Shown here: positions 35,977-47,911 of the stretch, in pieces | Numbering within the stretch: position 1 is the stretch's first letter | Layout of the letters: every line of letters begins with the position of its first letter | Assembly (NCBI GenBank): GCA_036172245.1 | Contig: JAYWIR010000047.1 | Coordinates: forward strand, 868,001-932,000 | Reading direction: 5' to 3' | DNA from: Raillietiella orientalis | Taxonomy: Eukaryota | DNA length: 64,000 nucleotides | Position numbers and translations under genes: made by a program | Notes under the pieces: generated by a model | What the model was told of the DNA's origin: nothing | Database searches by the model: none | The model's input: only the letters and a program-made list of their open reading frames with translations

Positions 35977-38513
35977 TCAACAATCACCTGCAGCACCCAT
36001 GTGCCACATGCCAGTCAACTTTACACCTGATGGCTGTGCAACTCTTTTAAACATGCCAAAGACCTGAGAGACCCATTGTGACCACTGATGAACAAACTCC
36101 CATGGAGCGCCACTACTGCAATTCTGGCCTCTCCCCATTATCAGCATGAGCAGCATCACTCCTAGCTGTCATTCAAATGACTCACTGAACAGTAAACTCT
36201 TTGCCTGTCTTACCTGCGTGTGGAGGATTGTATGCAGAATTGATGCCTCTGAAGTTATCCTGACCCACTTCAGCAGCTGGGGAAGATCTGCTTTTTCTAC
36301 TGCATCTCTGGCTACTGGCATCAACTCAAGCAGCAGCTGGTCCTGCTGATCCCTCTTCACCAAGACAGGCAAGTGATGCAAAATAGCCACCAGAATTGTT
36401 TGTTTCTGACTATCTGACAGGAAAGGATGCAAGCGGCGAAGCAGCAGCTGCACAGAAATCCAAATAACAGCTGAGGAGGCAAGTGAACAGACCTTGCCCT
36501 TGCGAACACAAAGAATAAGCTGAAGCCAACTGGTGGATTTGAGTTCCTGGGCCATTCTTTCCCTCAAGGTCCGTTCTTCCAAGACCTGGTACTGCTTGCC
36601 CTGAACCTGCAACTCTTCCAGATCCAGCAACAGGCAATATAGCTGAGAAAGCATTGAAAAAACACAATGCACAAGCAGCTTCATCATCTCACTCTTTCAA
36701 TCTCCAGAAGAACATGCTTGGCTTTCAGATTCTCCCTAGAAAGCCTATTCTCTGTGCCCACTACTTTAACATCAATTATCTGCCTAGGAGCAAGTGCAGT
36801 AACTACTTGTAGGCGACCAAGGGAATTCTCCATCTGAGGTGGGCAATACGTCCGACTTTCACTTGGAGGCAAATTCAAAGAGACAGGAGGTCTCTTGATC
36901 TTGTTTCTCAATAGGCACATCTGTAAGTCAGAGACCATGCTGACTATACCCCCTCCTTTGTTTTTTCTATGCACATACCGTGTAATAGAAATCTTCTTTA
37001 ATTGGATCATTGGGATGCAGCTGCTGATACTGGATGTTCAGCAGCCAAAATTTCTCTTTCTCTGTCATCAGACCCTGGTATTCAGACTGGAGGCAATATC
37101 TGTCTCTGGAAAAGGGTAGTCTCCTGCCAGGGGTCAAGGGGAACCTTCTTTTTGACAAACTGCTATTTGCAGGTGGCATTATAGGTGAAGGGGAAAGGTG
37201 GGCATTGACTGTAGAATGCCATGCCCACTTTGTCATGGGACCAGGATGTGGGTAGCGCATGTGGAAAGGCGAACCATCTATTCTACCAAGAGTGCTACAT
37301 GGAGAACTGCTTTTGGTCAACAAATCTTTCTCTAATTCTTCTGCAGTACAAACGCGAGGTTTGGGTGGCAGAGACCATGAGGGAGAAAGCTTAGGAAGTG
37401 CTTCTGTCTTGAAGACAGATGGAGCAGACCAAATTGACTGAATGCTGGATGTACTTTTGGAATCTGTTGGCAAGAGTTCTGAGAACTCCAGCACTGAGTT
37501 GGAATTCAAAGTGCCATTCTGTTAGATACAGTAAAATTTAAAAGTGAAGAGGTTTCTTACAAAGGAACTGTTTGCTGAAGTGCTAGCCAATGAATCCTCT
37601 TCACTGATACCAAGTTGTCTGAGACTAGCTTCCAGCTGACTAGGCATCTCATGGACTGTATCAGTTGTTTGGTGATTCTTTTGCTGACGAGTGTTTGACT
37701 GAAAATCATTTTCCAAAACTTCATCATTGGGTACCAACGCACTCTCTTCAAGATCCTCTTCAGGCTCCCAATCTCCTTCTTCAGAAACAAGTAATGATCC
37801 AAACACAATATACAGCAGGTTTAGCTTACCAAATTCCTCTACTCCAAATGTCTCTTCATTAAAGGCATCATATTCCTCTTCTTGATGGATCTCCACCCCA
37901 AGTCCATCTTGATCATTACTTCTGCTCTGATCAAGCTACAAGAGACATGAAAAACATCAAAATATAAGTGCATGAATACTTTGCTTTTTGTTTCCAAATT
38001 ACTACAGTGTTGCTACTAGATAGAAACTTGTATCTTTATTTACATAATTACAGCTATTGTCATCATCAGTTCTAACCAGCAATAACACACACAATATTCT
38101 GAATATGAACAAAACTTCTAGATTTAGAAAATCACTTGTTTGTAATGGTTGTGTGCCACCAATTAATTTGCAAATTGACAAATTACTATCGGAAGCAAAT
38201 CTTGAATTCTGAACTTTTCTTAAGTTTACTGGGCTTATTTTTGGAAAAGGCGGATCTCTGGGTCAAAAGCTAATGAAAGTCCCATATAGAGTGCAATGCC
38301 TTTAGGCATTTTCACTTTTGAAATTACTGCCGGAATCCAACGCAAATTAATTTCTAAACACATACTTAAAGTATTAAGCATAAATTTTTTGCTAGGAGTA
38401 CAATGTACCTGTAAGCAAACTCTAATCTTACATTGGGATTAAAACTGCTATAAAAATTGCATACTTACCAATGGGAACGAACTGCACGCACACTCTCTAT
38501 CCATTAAATTCAT
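35977..38513 (-). CDS. PAT1: Pat1/PATL family mRNA decapping activator and translational repressor, about 569 aa
   Basis: Exons on the minus strand: 38513-38469 (MNLMDRECACSSFPL, G|gtaagt; least certain), 37935-37830, 37778-37561, 37518-36979, 36920-36693, 36642-36493, 36447-36214, 36165-35977. The total is 1710 nt in frame. Pat1 motifs: EEYDAFNEETFG..GDWE (N-terminal DDX6-interacting region), YQGLMTEKEKFWLLNIQYQQL..NDPIKEDFYY (Mid), ENSLGRLQVVTALAPRQIID, LLEIERLYCLLLDLE, CVRKGKLLLRRLHPFL (Pat-C). Confidence 0.9.
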
Positions 38514-38965
38514 TAACTGAATGAACGATGCATCTTTTTAAATGCTGCGTGTTCAACCACATTTTGCATTCAAGAATTCTGTGCAGCAGTTTCATGAGAA
38601 AAGTATGGCTGCATGAAAAGTGAGCCTCATTTTTTTTTTGGTTTTTTTTTCCTTCAATTTTTCCCTCCCCCCCCTTTTTCACCACATTTGAAAACTGCCT
38701 ACCAAGCGGCAACTGGAAGTCACAACAAAATAGGGGATGCTAACAACGAACTGAAAATCAAGGTGGCTGACAAAACCAAACCGACTTGAAACCAAACAAA
38801 TGAAACTTTTTGTCACATCTGTGACTGCATTTCCACGTTCGACTTCGGCGGTGGCTGCAACCAAAGGGGGTTGGTTAGCAGACGATGGAAGGCATGCAAA
38901 AGACAGCACCGAGCAAAGTTCACACGTTCTGGAGTCTCCGTTCACTTTCGCCCTCCCAGACGACT

Positions 38966-38988
38966 TCTCTCTCTCTCTCTCTCTCTCT
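38966..38988. repeat. (CT)n microsatellite, about 11 units
   Basis: A tctctctc... run is seen directly. Confidence 0.9.
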
Positions 38989-39157
38989 TTTGCTTTTCCT
39001 TTTTTTCTTTCTTTCCTTCCCCTCCTCCCCCCCCCTCCCCCCTACTATATTGTTACTGTTGGAATGAATAGTTGGTGCCTTGCTTGAACGCTTTGCGTGA
39101 GTACCACTGCTTGCCGCGCGCGCTGAATTCCGAGTTTTTCGGTTTTTTTTTTCCTGA

Positions 39158-39179
39158 AGAGAGAGAGAGAGAGAGAGAG
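39158..39179. repeat. (AG)n microsatellite, about 11 units
   Basis: An agagagag... run is seen directly. Confidence 0.9.
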
Positions 39180-40363
39180 GAAAAAAAGGATTTTCGAATT
39201 CGAATTGGCAAATTGACCTCCGACGACTCTTTGTTTTTATCCTGCCATTTCAAACAACATGTTGTTCCTTCGTGTTGTTACGCCCCGCCATCCCCGTATC
39301 GATGGGCCATCACTTTTTGTTCCCAGCTGCTAAATAGATCCCTCCATTTCAGACACATAGCATTCCACAGACACATGTGTATATGGGTATGTACACAGAC
39401 ACGTGTGTGTATACCTATATGCACATGTGCCTGTGTGCGTATTTCCACATGCAGATGCAGTATGTACAGGCATCTGTGTAATGTACATGCAACTGAGATG
39501 TTTTCAACAAAAATTCGTACTCGTCAAACCGTACAGGCGTGGTATGTCTTCAGACATTCGTTGTCTTCGATGTGAAGGTATTTGAATTGGATTCATGTAA
39601 AGGACAATGAAATGGAGATGCAATTCATAAAGCAGTATCAGTCTTCAGCATTTTTTTTTTACTTTAGCGCTGCTTTCACTTTTTGCTTACAGTGACAAAC
39701 TTCCTGCTTTTTCTAGATTTTATTTGGGGAGATGCTGCAGTAGCAGTGAATTCGGTCGGTATATTTGCAACACTTTCCGTTCATTCATCTCTGAGTGTAC
39801 GTGTTTATTGGACCGCTCTGAAAACGAAGATGGTGCATCCAAGTGGTCCTGATTGACATATTCGGAAATCCACGTCCTCCTCCAAGATGTACTGCACTGG
39901 GTCGAAACTGTATTCCAGGAATCCGAACATGATTGTAATGCTGTTGCTTGTACAAATTCGCAGCACGGCAGACATAGATTTGAACTTCCTTTGAAGAGTA
40001 TACAACAACAGTTCCTTTGTAACAACGAAATCGGTGTTGCTTGGAACGTTCAGTTAATCTCCGACAGTGGTTCCATTAAGTGGACTCGTTTCGGAGCTTC
40101 TTGCACACGGTGGAAGAACACCTGTGCGCACTTTTATGCACATGCATGATGATGATAGAGTGCAAACCTACTAACACTTTGTATTAGAAACAGGGTGATT
40201 CACACGAAAGCAACGAGGAAAGAAAAGCTGTTAGGCAAGCATCTGCTACCCATTCTCATTACTTACGGTTGCTGCTCATGGTGGTATTTGCGAGGTAATA
40301 TAACTCATATATGGGTATTATCTTGAAAATTTTGTACAACCGCACTTCGCATCTGTTCTGAAG

Positions 40364-40508
40364 GGTTTTCTTTCACAAGAGCTGTTTGATGGAGTGACAG
40401 CCAAAGAATCCTCTCCACTGATAGTAAGCGGTCTGAGACTGGTCTCCAGCTGACTAGGCATCTCATGGAACTGCCTCAGCTGTTTGGTGATTCTTTTGCT
40501 GACGAGTG
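40364..40508 (-). pseudogene. Frameshifted partial duplicate of Pat1-like exon 3
   Basis: It aligns by eye to 37551-37693 in the same orientation, with about 16 mismatches and one inserted base over about 126 nt. Parent: TRQQKNHQTTDTVHEMPSQLEASLRQLGISEEDSLA. Copy: TRQQKNHQTAEAV/(frameshift)HEMPSQLETSLRPLTISGEDSLA. Confidence 0.8.
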
Positions 40509-43500
40509 CCACAGGTTTTAAACACATTTTTCTGTTGGAAAAATTTTATTCCACAGAAACAGGGCTGTCCAAGCTTAAAGGTTGCTGCAAGAGGTGCTTG
40601 CGGTTTTTCTAAGAACTGCCGCTTCTGATCAACGTCACCCTTAAATCTGAGATTACAATGTACATATAAAAAGATGAAATTTAAAATCCAAAGTGACAGT
40701 TCTTGTTGTCTGAAGTATGAAGATGTAATGTGAAAAATCCTTACTGGCAATACAAATTATTGTATAAAAGAACCCCAGTTCTTAAGAGATTTAGCTCCAG
40801 TGATTCCATGATTACTTGTATGACAAACAGGCGAGTATCAAGTAAGTACGATCTGAAGTATTAAACATTCTGTTTATCCTTTAATAAGTAGTGCAAAAGA
40901 TTGCAAAATGCAAATAAAACAAATGATCCAGATGCAAGCATCTGCTATCCCGATCCACGTTTCTATTCCAGAATGATGAATGATTGTGTAGAGTTACTAC
41001 TGGTAAACTGAAGAAGAAATACCTTCACTAGAAATCATGCATGCGGGATCTTATGATCAAGATCGAAAATCTTCAACCATTCTAATAAAGCTGCACGAGT
41101 TTTCCGAAACGGATTGTGGTTTCCCTTCGCGCTTTCTGGGTGCCATATTTGGACATGACAATGAGGGATATTTCAAGTGTGTTGTGGAGGACCGCAGTCA
41201 TTCTTATTTATGACTTTATTTATGATCTGCTTCTAATCAGCAATTTATTTATTTTCTGCTCCAAATGGAGCTGGACATCATTTTTGGTTCCCTCAGTGCA
41301 GAGCCCATTTCAAAGCTGGTCTATGAGGTACCTTCTCCGTGTGCTCTTCTCGTGGTGGAGTTTTGTGGATTTCGGGAAGAGGATAAGCGAAGCTGGTTCG
41401 ACCAGGGTTCCTAGGCTGCAGCTGCAGACTTACCACGTTCTGCAAAAGAGTACTCTCTGGTGAAGCTGGGGCTCTTCAGGAGAGTCTCCATTTGCATGGC
41501 AGGCTGCTTCCAAGTTCCCACGGACTGGAGCATGACCGGATTTGGAGATTCCTGTCCACAGCATTCTCCTGGAATTTGCGAACGACTCCCAGAATTTCCA
41601 TGTTCTCCACTATGCAAGACGTCTTGAGGCATGCACACCACACTGCAGATTCTTCCTCTTCTCGGATTGAATCCGCTTCCACGGGCTTTTCTCTCAGGTT
41701 TGCTTTCCTTTGGTTACGTCTCCGTTTTTTTCTCTTCAGCCTCAACAACTCGAAGCCGATTCTGAGCTCAAGCAATAGCGTGCTACAAATTCCTTGAAGT
41801 ATAGATACGTTGTCTGTGTTCACGGAGAGTTTTCAAAGGAAAACATACACGAATCAGATGGACACTATGGATCCCAACGTTCCTCAGCACCCGCAGTAGG
41901 CAAAAAGGTGCAGCGTAAAGTCACCTGGGTGTTTGAGGTAGTGAGAGTGCTTCTGGAAGGCGAACGAAAACTTGGAAACGAAAACCCAGACGGACTAACG
42001 CAGATTTGTGGATTCTGGTCGGTACTTCAGTTTGAGGACTCTGAAGCAACGTATTTGATGCTAGGAGTTTGTTTCCTAGGTAGGAAGAACCCCTGCTTTT
42101 AGGTTACCCAGAGGCGATTGCGGTCAGAAGAGCTCTCCACCGTGACAAAAGAGAAAGGTTTGTTCGGAAAGGTGTAAAAGAGAATCTCACCATTCTCATC
42201 CACGAGGTTGCTGAAGGAGGAAGACCACAGTTTCGTCTGCGGATCCTCTTCCTTACATAAGAATCATGATGAAGGCTGAAGTGTGCTGCTTCTTAGTCCA
42301 TCGGAAGTGTGTAGGAGGTTTTCTCTACGGGAGTGAATCCCATTTCTCTCTCCCTCTCATCGTCTCTCGAGGGCAGGAGAGGAACGACGAGACTTGACCG
42401 TAACGGCGGAATCTCGACAGTTCCACATCGGCGTCATGGAACCCTCTCGTGGTCATCAAGAACGGAAACAGTCGATCATCTGATCTCTTTGCTCACTATA
42501 GACGTAGCCATAGAATCGTCCGTCTGAGGCTATTGGAATCGTGGACGCTTGTAGAGGGGGGCTCACACACGCTCGGGAGAAGGACCCCAAAGTGTCCGCT
42601 TCGCGGTCTGAGTTGCGCAGTAGCGGCGTGGATGCCAGTGGAAGGACTCGAGGATCCATCGGAGGGAATGCTGGAAAGAGGTGCAGTGAGAAGGAGAACC
42701 ATGATCGTCGGGTGTCGCCCGCCGATTTCCCGAGCACTTCCTGTTTTCGGAGGAGGCGTCTGGAGGGCCTAGAAAGGGAAAAATCGGTGGCGAGGAGAGT
42801 GAATCCTCAGAGAGCTTCTCACAGGTGCTTTGGTAACGTACGTGCTCTTCCACACCACTAGACTCTCGCGTGATCAGAGCATGGCTGCAGGGCCGCGTGC
42901 GGTGACGAGGAGGACTCAGTCAAGCGGAGAACGGGACTATCCTCCTAGCACGCTCGTGGTGTAGGTGCTGGGCGACTCGCGCGTGCAGCCTGGAAGCTTT
43001 CGTATGTGATGAAGGGAAAAACGAGTCAGATAGTTGCTCCAGCAACCGATCAGCCGGTGTGGAGGAGAGCTGCTGGCATGCGCCGCCGCCAGCATTCCGG
43101 GAGTGGCGTGGCAAAAGATCGCGGCGCAACGAAGACCGTCGGCTGCGCAGTCTCTCTGGCGCTATCTTCCCTGGATGCCACCGCCTCCGCCGACGCGCGC
43201 GCCATCTCGCGGCTCGTTCCGGCCTGTGGACGTCTCAGTTGGAGCGTCTCCAGCGACGGCGGCGGCGCTCCCGCGAAAGTGAGTTTTCCTCCGCACGGCA
43301 ATCTCGACATGCGTCGCATTCCCAGCACCACCCGACGGATGAAAGCAAGCAGCCACTTCCGAGATTCCACTACTTCCGGGAGCCCAAGATGAGGCAAAAA
43401 CTCGTCGAATCTGGGCGGCTGCGTGTGACCCCCGCCGCAGGGCGGAGGAAGAACATGATCGGAAGCAAATCTTCCAAATCTTCCCACATTCCGCCTGCGC

Positions 43501-46500
43501 TGCTGTTCCATCCCTCCTCCTTGCCCCCGTGCTTTGCCACTCCGCAGGGACTCTGCCACTGGCGTCACCCCGCCCATTGGAGACCTGCAGGTTCCCTTCT
43601 CTGGGAGACCAGGCGATCCCACGGAGTCCACGGCGATCTTCTCACTGCTCCCAGCACGCTGCTTCTGCGGATCCAAGCTCCCAATTGCCTGCATGCTCGG
43701 CTGATCACGTCTTCCACCAACCACCGGATGCAAGTGCACTGCTTTCGAAGCGTGTTGAAACCGTGGTCGGAGGAGCCTTCCAGAGGGAAGCGGTAAGAGC
43801 GTGAATCCAAGGGCTCCATGGTTCCACTTCGGCGAAGGAAAGGAGTTCCTGTGATGCCTGAGGAGGCGGCGACTTTCGCTGAAACTGAGCGGGGGGAGTT
43901 TCCTCCTTCTGATCCTTCACGCTCCCCGGGATGAAAGAGCTCGAAACTGCAGGGAAGGAAGGGGGAGGGAGATCTTCCGGTCCCCAGCTCAGGTGGGTGG
44001 CGGCCATGACAACAAGTGGCGGCGGAAGGTCTACGCGGCGTCGATCTCACCGCTGCAGGTCCTTCGGTGGTCGCAGGAGGCGGTCCCCCACGGGAACCTC
44101 TCCTCCTGAGTCCGCGCGCCGAGACCGCTGCGGCAGCTGCTGGACAGACTGCCGCGAAAGACCGGAGCAGTTCGCGAACGGATCCGAGGACCGGCGAGCT
44201 TCCAGCCGACTGGAGTGTGGATGGGAAGAGCCTCAGATCACCCCGAGGACGGAACCTCACCGGAGGGAAAAGGCGTTTCCTCGGAAATCAGGCAAGGAAT
44301 GTCGCTTCCCCTTCTACCCGCCAGCTCTGCACTGAGCGTCCCTCGAGACGGACGGGCGAGGCGCCCGAGCAAGACGGAGCTCCGGCCCGAGGAGGGGGGG
44401 GGGTAGGACAATCCACAACAAGAGGAAATGCCTCTGGGAACGCGCGGTGCGCTCCCGTGCGGCGGTGGTGGTTGCCCCCAAGGTCTTCCTGTCCCCCGGG
44501 CGGGAACAAATGAACCAAGTGAGAGGGGCATTCGAGTACCTCGATGGAGAAGTGCTGGAGGGAGTCAGGGGAGGGAGAGGAAGGAGAGGAGAGGAAGAGA
44601 AGAAAAGGCTGAAGTGTCCGCTGCCTCGGATGGCGACGAGTCCGGCAGAGGAGTGACCGGCAGTGACCCACCGGATGCCCACAGCAGACTCCACCTCCTG
44701 CTCGAAGTGCATCCGTGGTCCCCGAGGGGATTCGAGGTTGAGCCCGGAAACGCGGGGGCCGCGTACTCCTCCTCCTCCCTTTCCTGCCTTTGCGAGTCCA
44801 TGGCGGCGGTCGTGTGGCTTCAGCCGGCCAGCTGCTGAGGGACAGCAGAGGTCAGAGAGAAGGGGGTGAGGGTAGGGCGGGGGGAACAGGGTGTCGAGAA
44901 CAAAGAGAAGGGAGGGCACTGAGCAGAGTTCGCTCCTCTTCCTCTCAGGTTTCTACTGGGAAAACTGGAATTTGCTTCAGGAATTCCTGCTGGGTTCGGC
45001 CCGCTGCCTAGGGAATGCTTCCTTTTCAGGATCCACGGCGGCGGCACGGAGGAAGGGGGGCTGCGAACTCGGTTTTTCCGGTTTCTCGGCTTCCTGAGAG
45101 GGTCTCCAAGGGAACGAGAGAGAGGAGCCATTCCTGGATATGACCAGACCCTAGTCGCGCAGAAGGTGGCCGCTCCCCCTCCTAAGTCGCGTCCAACCCG
45201 GCGCGGGAAGCCTCAGACTGCAAGTCCGCGCAGGCATCACCTCAGCTTCTGCTCGGTTCGCCTCTTCCCGGATGCCGCCTGTACTAGGAGGGCGCTTAGG
45301 GCCTACCCCTACCTTCATTCCGCCACTTCGGCAAGTCGACTGTAGGGGAAGGAGCACCCTCACTCCTGCCCACCGGCCCCTCCCGAAAGGCGTCCCTTTC
45401 CTGCCGCGCGGTGGACCGAGAAAAGCGTCTCCCCCCTCCCCTTCTTCCGTCCTCGGGTCGGAGGGGGGTGGTCCTTGCCGTATCGAAAGGCGTAGCTGCC
45501 CTTATCGGAGCGCGTGGAGGGCTCTGCCGGTGCACCAAAAGCCCCCTAGGGCGAGGCCGTCCCCGCGATCCCGAAGGGGCAGATCTTCCGCGACACTCGG
45601 CGTTCCGGAAATGGGTCGGGAGCGAGCGCGTAGAGCGCCCGTTCTTCATCCTCCCCTACTTCCCCACGTCCTTGTCGGACCACAGCCATTGATCGTTAGA
45701 CAGTGGCGAGCAAACGCCATCGTTGCCGGGAAGGGGCGTGGGCTGTTGGTCGGACGGAGGAGCGGCCGGCTCTCCTCCACAGGAGGGACCTGAACGAAGG
45801 AGGAAGTCTCCAGAAAGGGGTGGGAGGTCAGCAAATCGTGGCGCTCGCCGATGCCACTGGAGTCCGAGACGCCCCTGTCTGCAAGAGAGTTCCTGTGACA
45901 CCTGCGCGCATCCCCCCACATTCGACTGACCCCCCCCAGGAGGATTACACTCATGTGAGCTCTGAATGAGGAGAGGGTCACTAATGACCTCTCTCTCGTA
46001 CATAGCTTCCTCGCGATCGACTTCCGGGTTCAGTAGGGCTCCCCTCCCTCCAGCGAGGGGTGGAAGCGAGTTGGTCCAACCGTGTAACCCCGGGGAAAGG
46101 TTATCAGTCTACCCCTTGTTCTTTCCGGGTCCTGGGGGCTTCCGGATGTCCTCTCCATGGCGTGGTGGGATTTTACTTCCAGGAGACGATCCGCAGAATG
46201 TGGAGCTCTGAGAGTAGGGGAGGAGCAACCCGGAGTGTTCCTTGGGGAGGGGCTCTGTGGCCCTGAAGATGCGATCCCCCGTCCATCATTTGGGAATGGA
46301 GCGGACCTCACCTTCTCGAGGGGGCGCTCACGCGCTCCTTGAGAGAGCGTGGAGGCCACCGTGAATAATTCCCTTTTCCTCCGCCTGCACTGGGGGTAGG
46401 TGGAGAGTGAGCAAGGCCAGGGGTTCGGTTCGCGGACTGTCCTTGGGCTCATTTGACCTTCTGCCTCCGTGGCAAAGCTCCTGACCTTTGCCTTGGTTGC

Positions 46501-47873
46501 CGCTTCCCCCTCTGCGCCGCCAGCGGCGACCGGAAGGCGTGACTCGAACGGCCCGCGGCATCGGGGGCGGCGCCGCCGGAGCGGATGGGACGCTGTCTCT
46601 GGTGGCGGTTGTGCGCCCGCTTTCGCCCTCCTGAAGAGGTTGCAGCAATCCGAAAGGACTAGGAGGGAGGGGGGGGGGGGCAAGAATGTCCGAAAGGTCA
46701 ACTGCAATGCGGATAGGCCTCCAGCAACGAGCACCCTAATGACCAAAGGAGAACCCGTGCTCCGTCCGCTTCCCTCAAAAATCGAAATGGAGAAGAGGAA
46801 CAGGACGGTGTGGAATTGAGAGGTTCCATGGGAAGAAAAGCCTCAGAGGAGGGGCGGAGGGGGAGGGAATCTCTTCCGATGCTCTTTTCGCCCCAATGAC
46901 TGGAAATCACCCCCCTGGTGATCGCGTCTTCCCTCCCCCTTCCTCTCCTCAAACCAAATCTGCTCTTCGGCCACCGCCAGCTGTTCCTCTTCCCTCGTAC
47001 GCCTGAGGCCCATCCTCTCCCCACCGTTCGCACCCGTCTGCCCCCTGGGGCTGCTGTTCCAGAGCCCCTGACTCGGGGCGGCCGGCAGGGGAACTTCGGG
47101 ATCTGGAGCCGGACTTCCTCTCCGTCGCGCTGGCAACGCTGTGAACTCAGTCGACTCCGAGGTGCCCCGACCCTTTTCTCACTGCGAGAGCAACCGGCAC
47201 GGCCCCCTGGCTAAATCTCAGCTCCCTCCTTCCCCACAGGGTACGCCTCGATGCTCCCGGAGGCCCTTCCGCATGAAAGAGGCAAACGCCGGGCACTGGG
47301 ACGCGCTCCGTCGCGTCCATCTTTCCTCTCGAGGTGAGGTCAGCAGACCGAGCCTCTGCGCGAATGGGTCCTGACTTTCTCCTTGGCCCGGTGAGTCTTC
47401 GTCGCTTCCCCTCGTCTCCTACTCCTTTCACATTTCCTATCCTTCTTCCCTTATGTAACAGCAGCATTGCTTTTCTGTACACTTCGGCTGTACATGTACT
47501 AAAATGCTGCTTCTGTTTTCGATGCCTCCCTTCGTTTCGCATTGATTTCGTGCTTTGAACACCCTCTCTCCCTTCCTCTATCTTCAGTGTCCTTGCTCTC
47601 CTCGGGCCTTTTCCCTACCCATTGTTTCTCGCGCACTTCATTTGGTACGGTACATCCTACGCTTTTGACGTCGCCGGCCTTTGGATAGCAGGATCTTGCC
47701 CGGTTTCATTGTTCTTATGTAACTGAATCCCCTTGGTGATTGGGCGGCAAGCGGCGCGACTGTCAGGTCAAGCTGGACAACTCATCAAATACTACTTTAT
47801 CCTGTTTGAGGATCATTCCATTTTCCTGTATCTGATATTCCTTTATTGTTTTGGCGTTTCGCGTAATTTGATC

Positions 47874-47910
<37 letters not shown>
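47874..47910. repeat. T25-A12 abutting homopolymer runs
   Basis: 25 T bases are immediately followed by 12 A bases. Confidence 0.85.

Positions 47911-47911
<1 letters not shown>

Noticed and set aside
38461..38469. ATACTTACC, identical to the U1 snRNA 5' end
   Set aside because: The sequence does not continue as U1. It is the reverse complement of a consensus splice donor of the Pat1-like gene.
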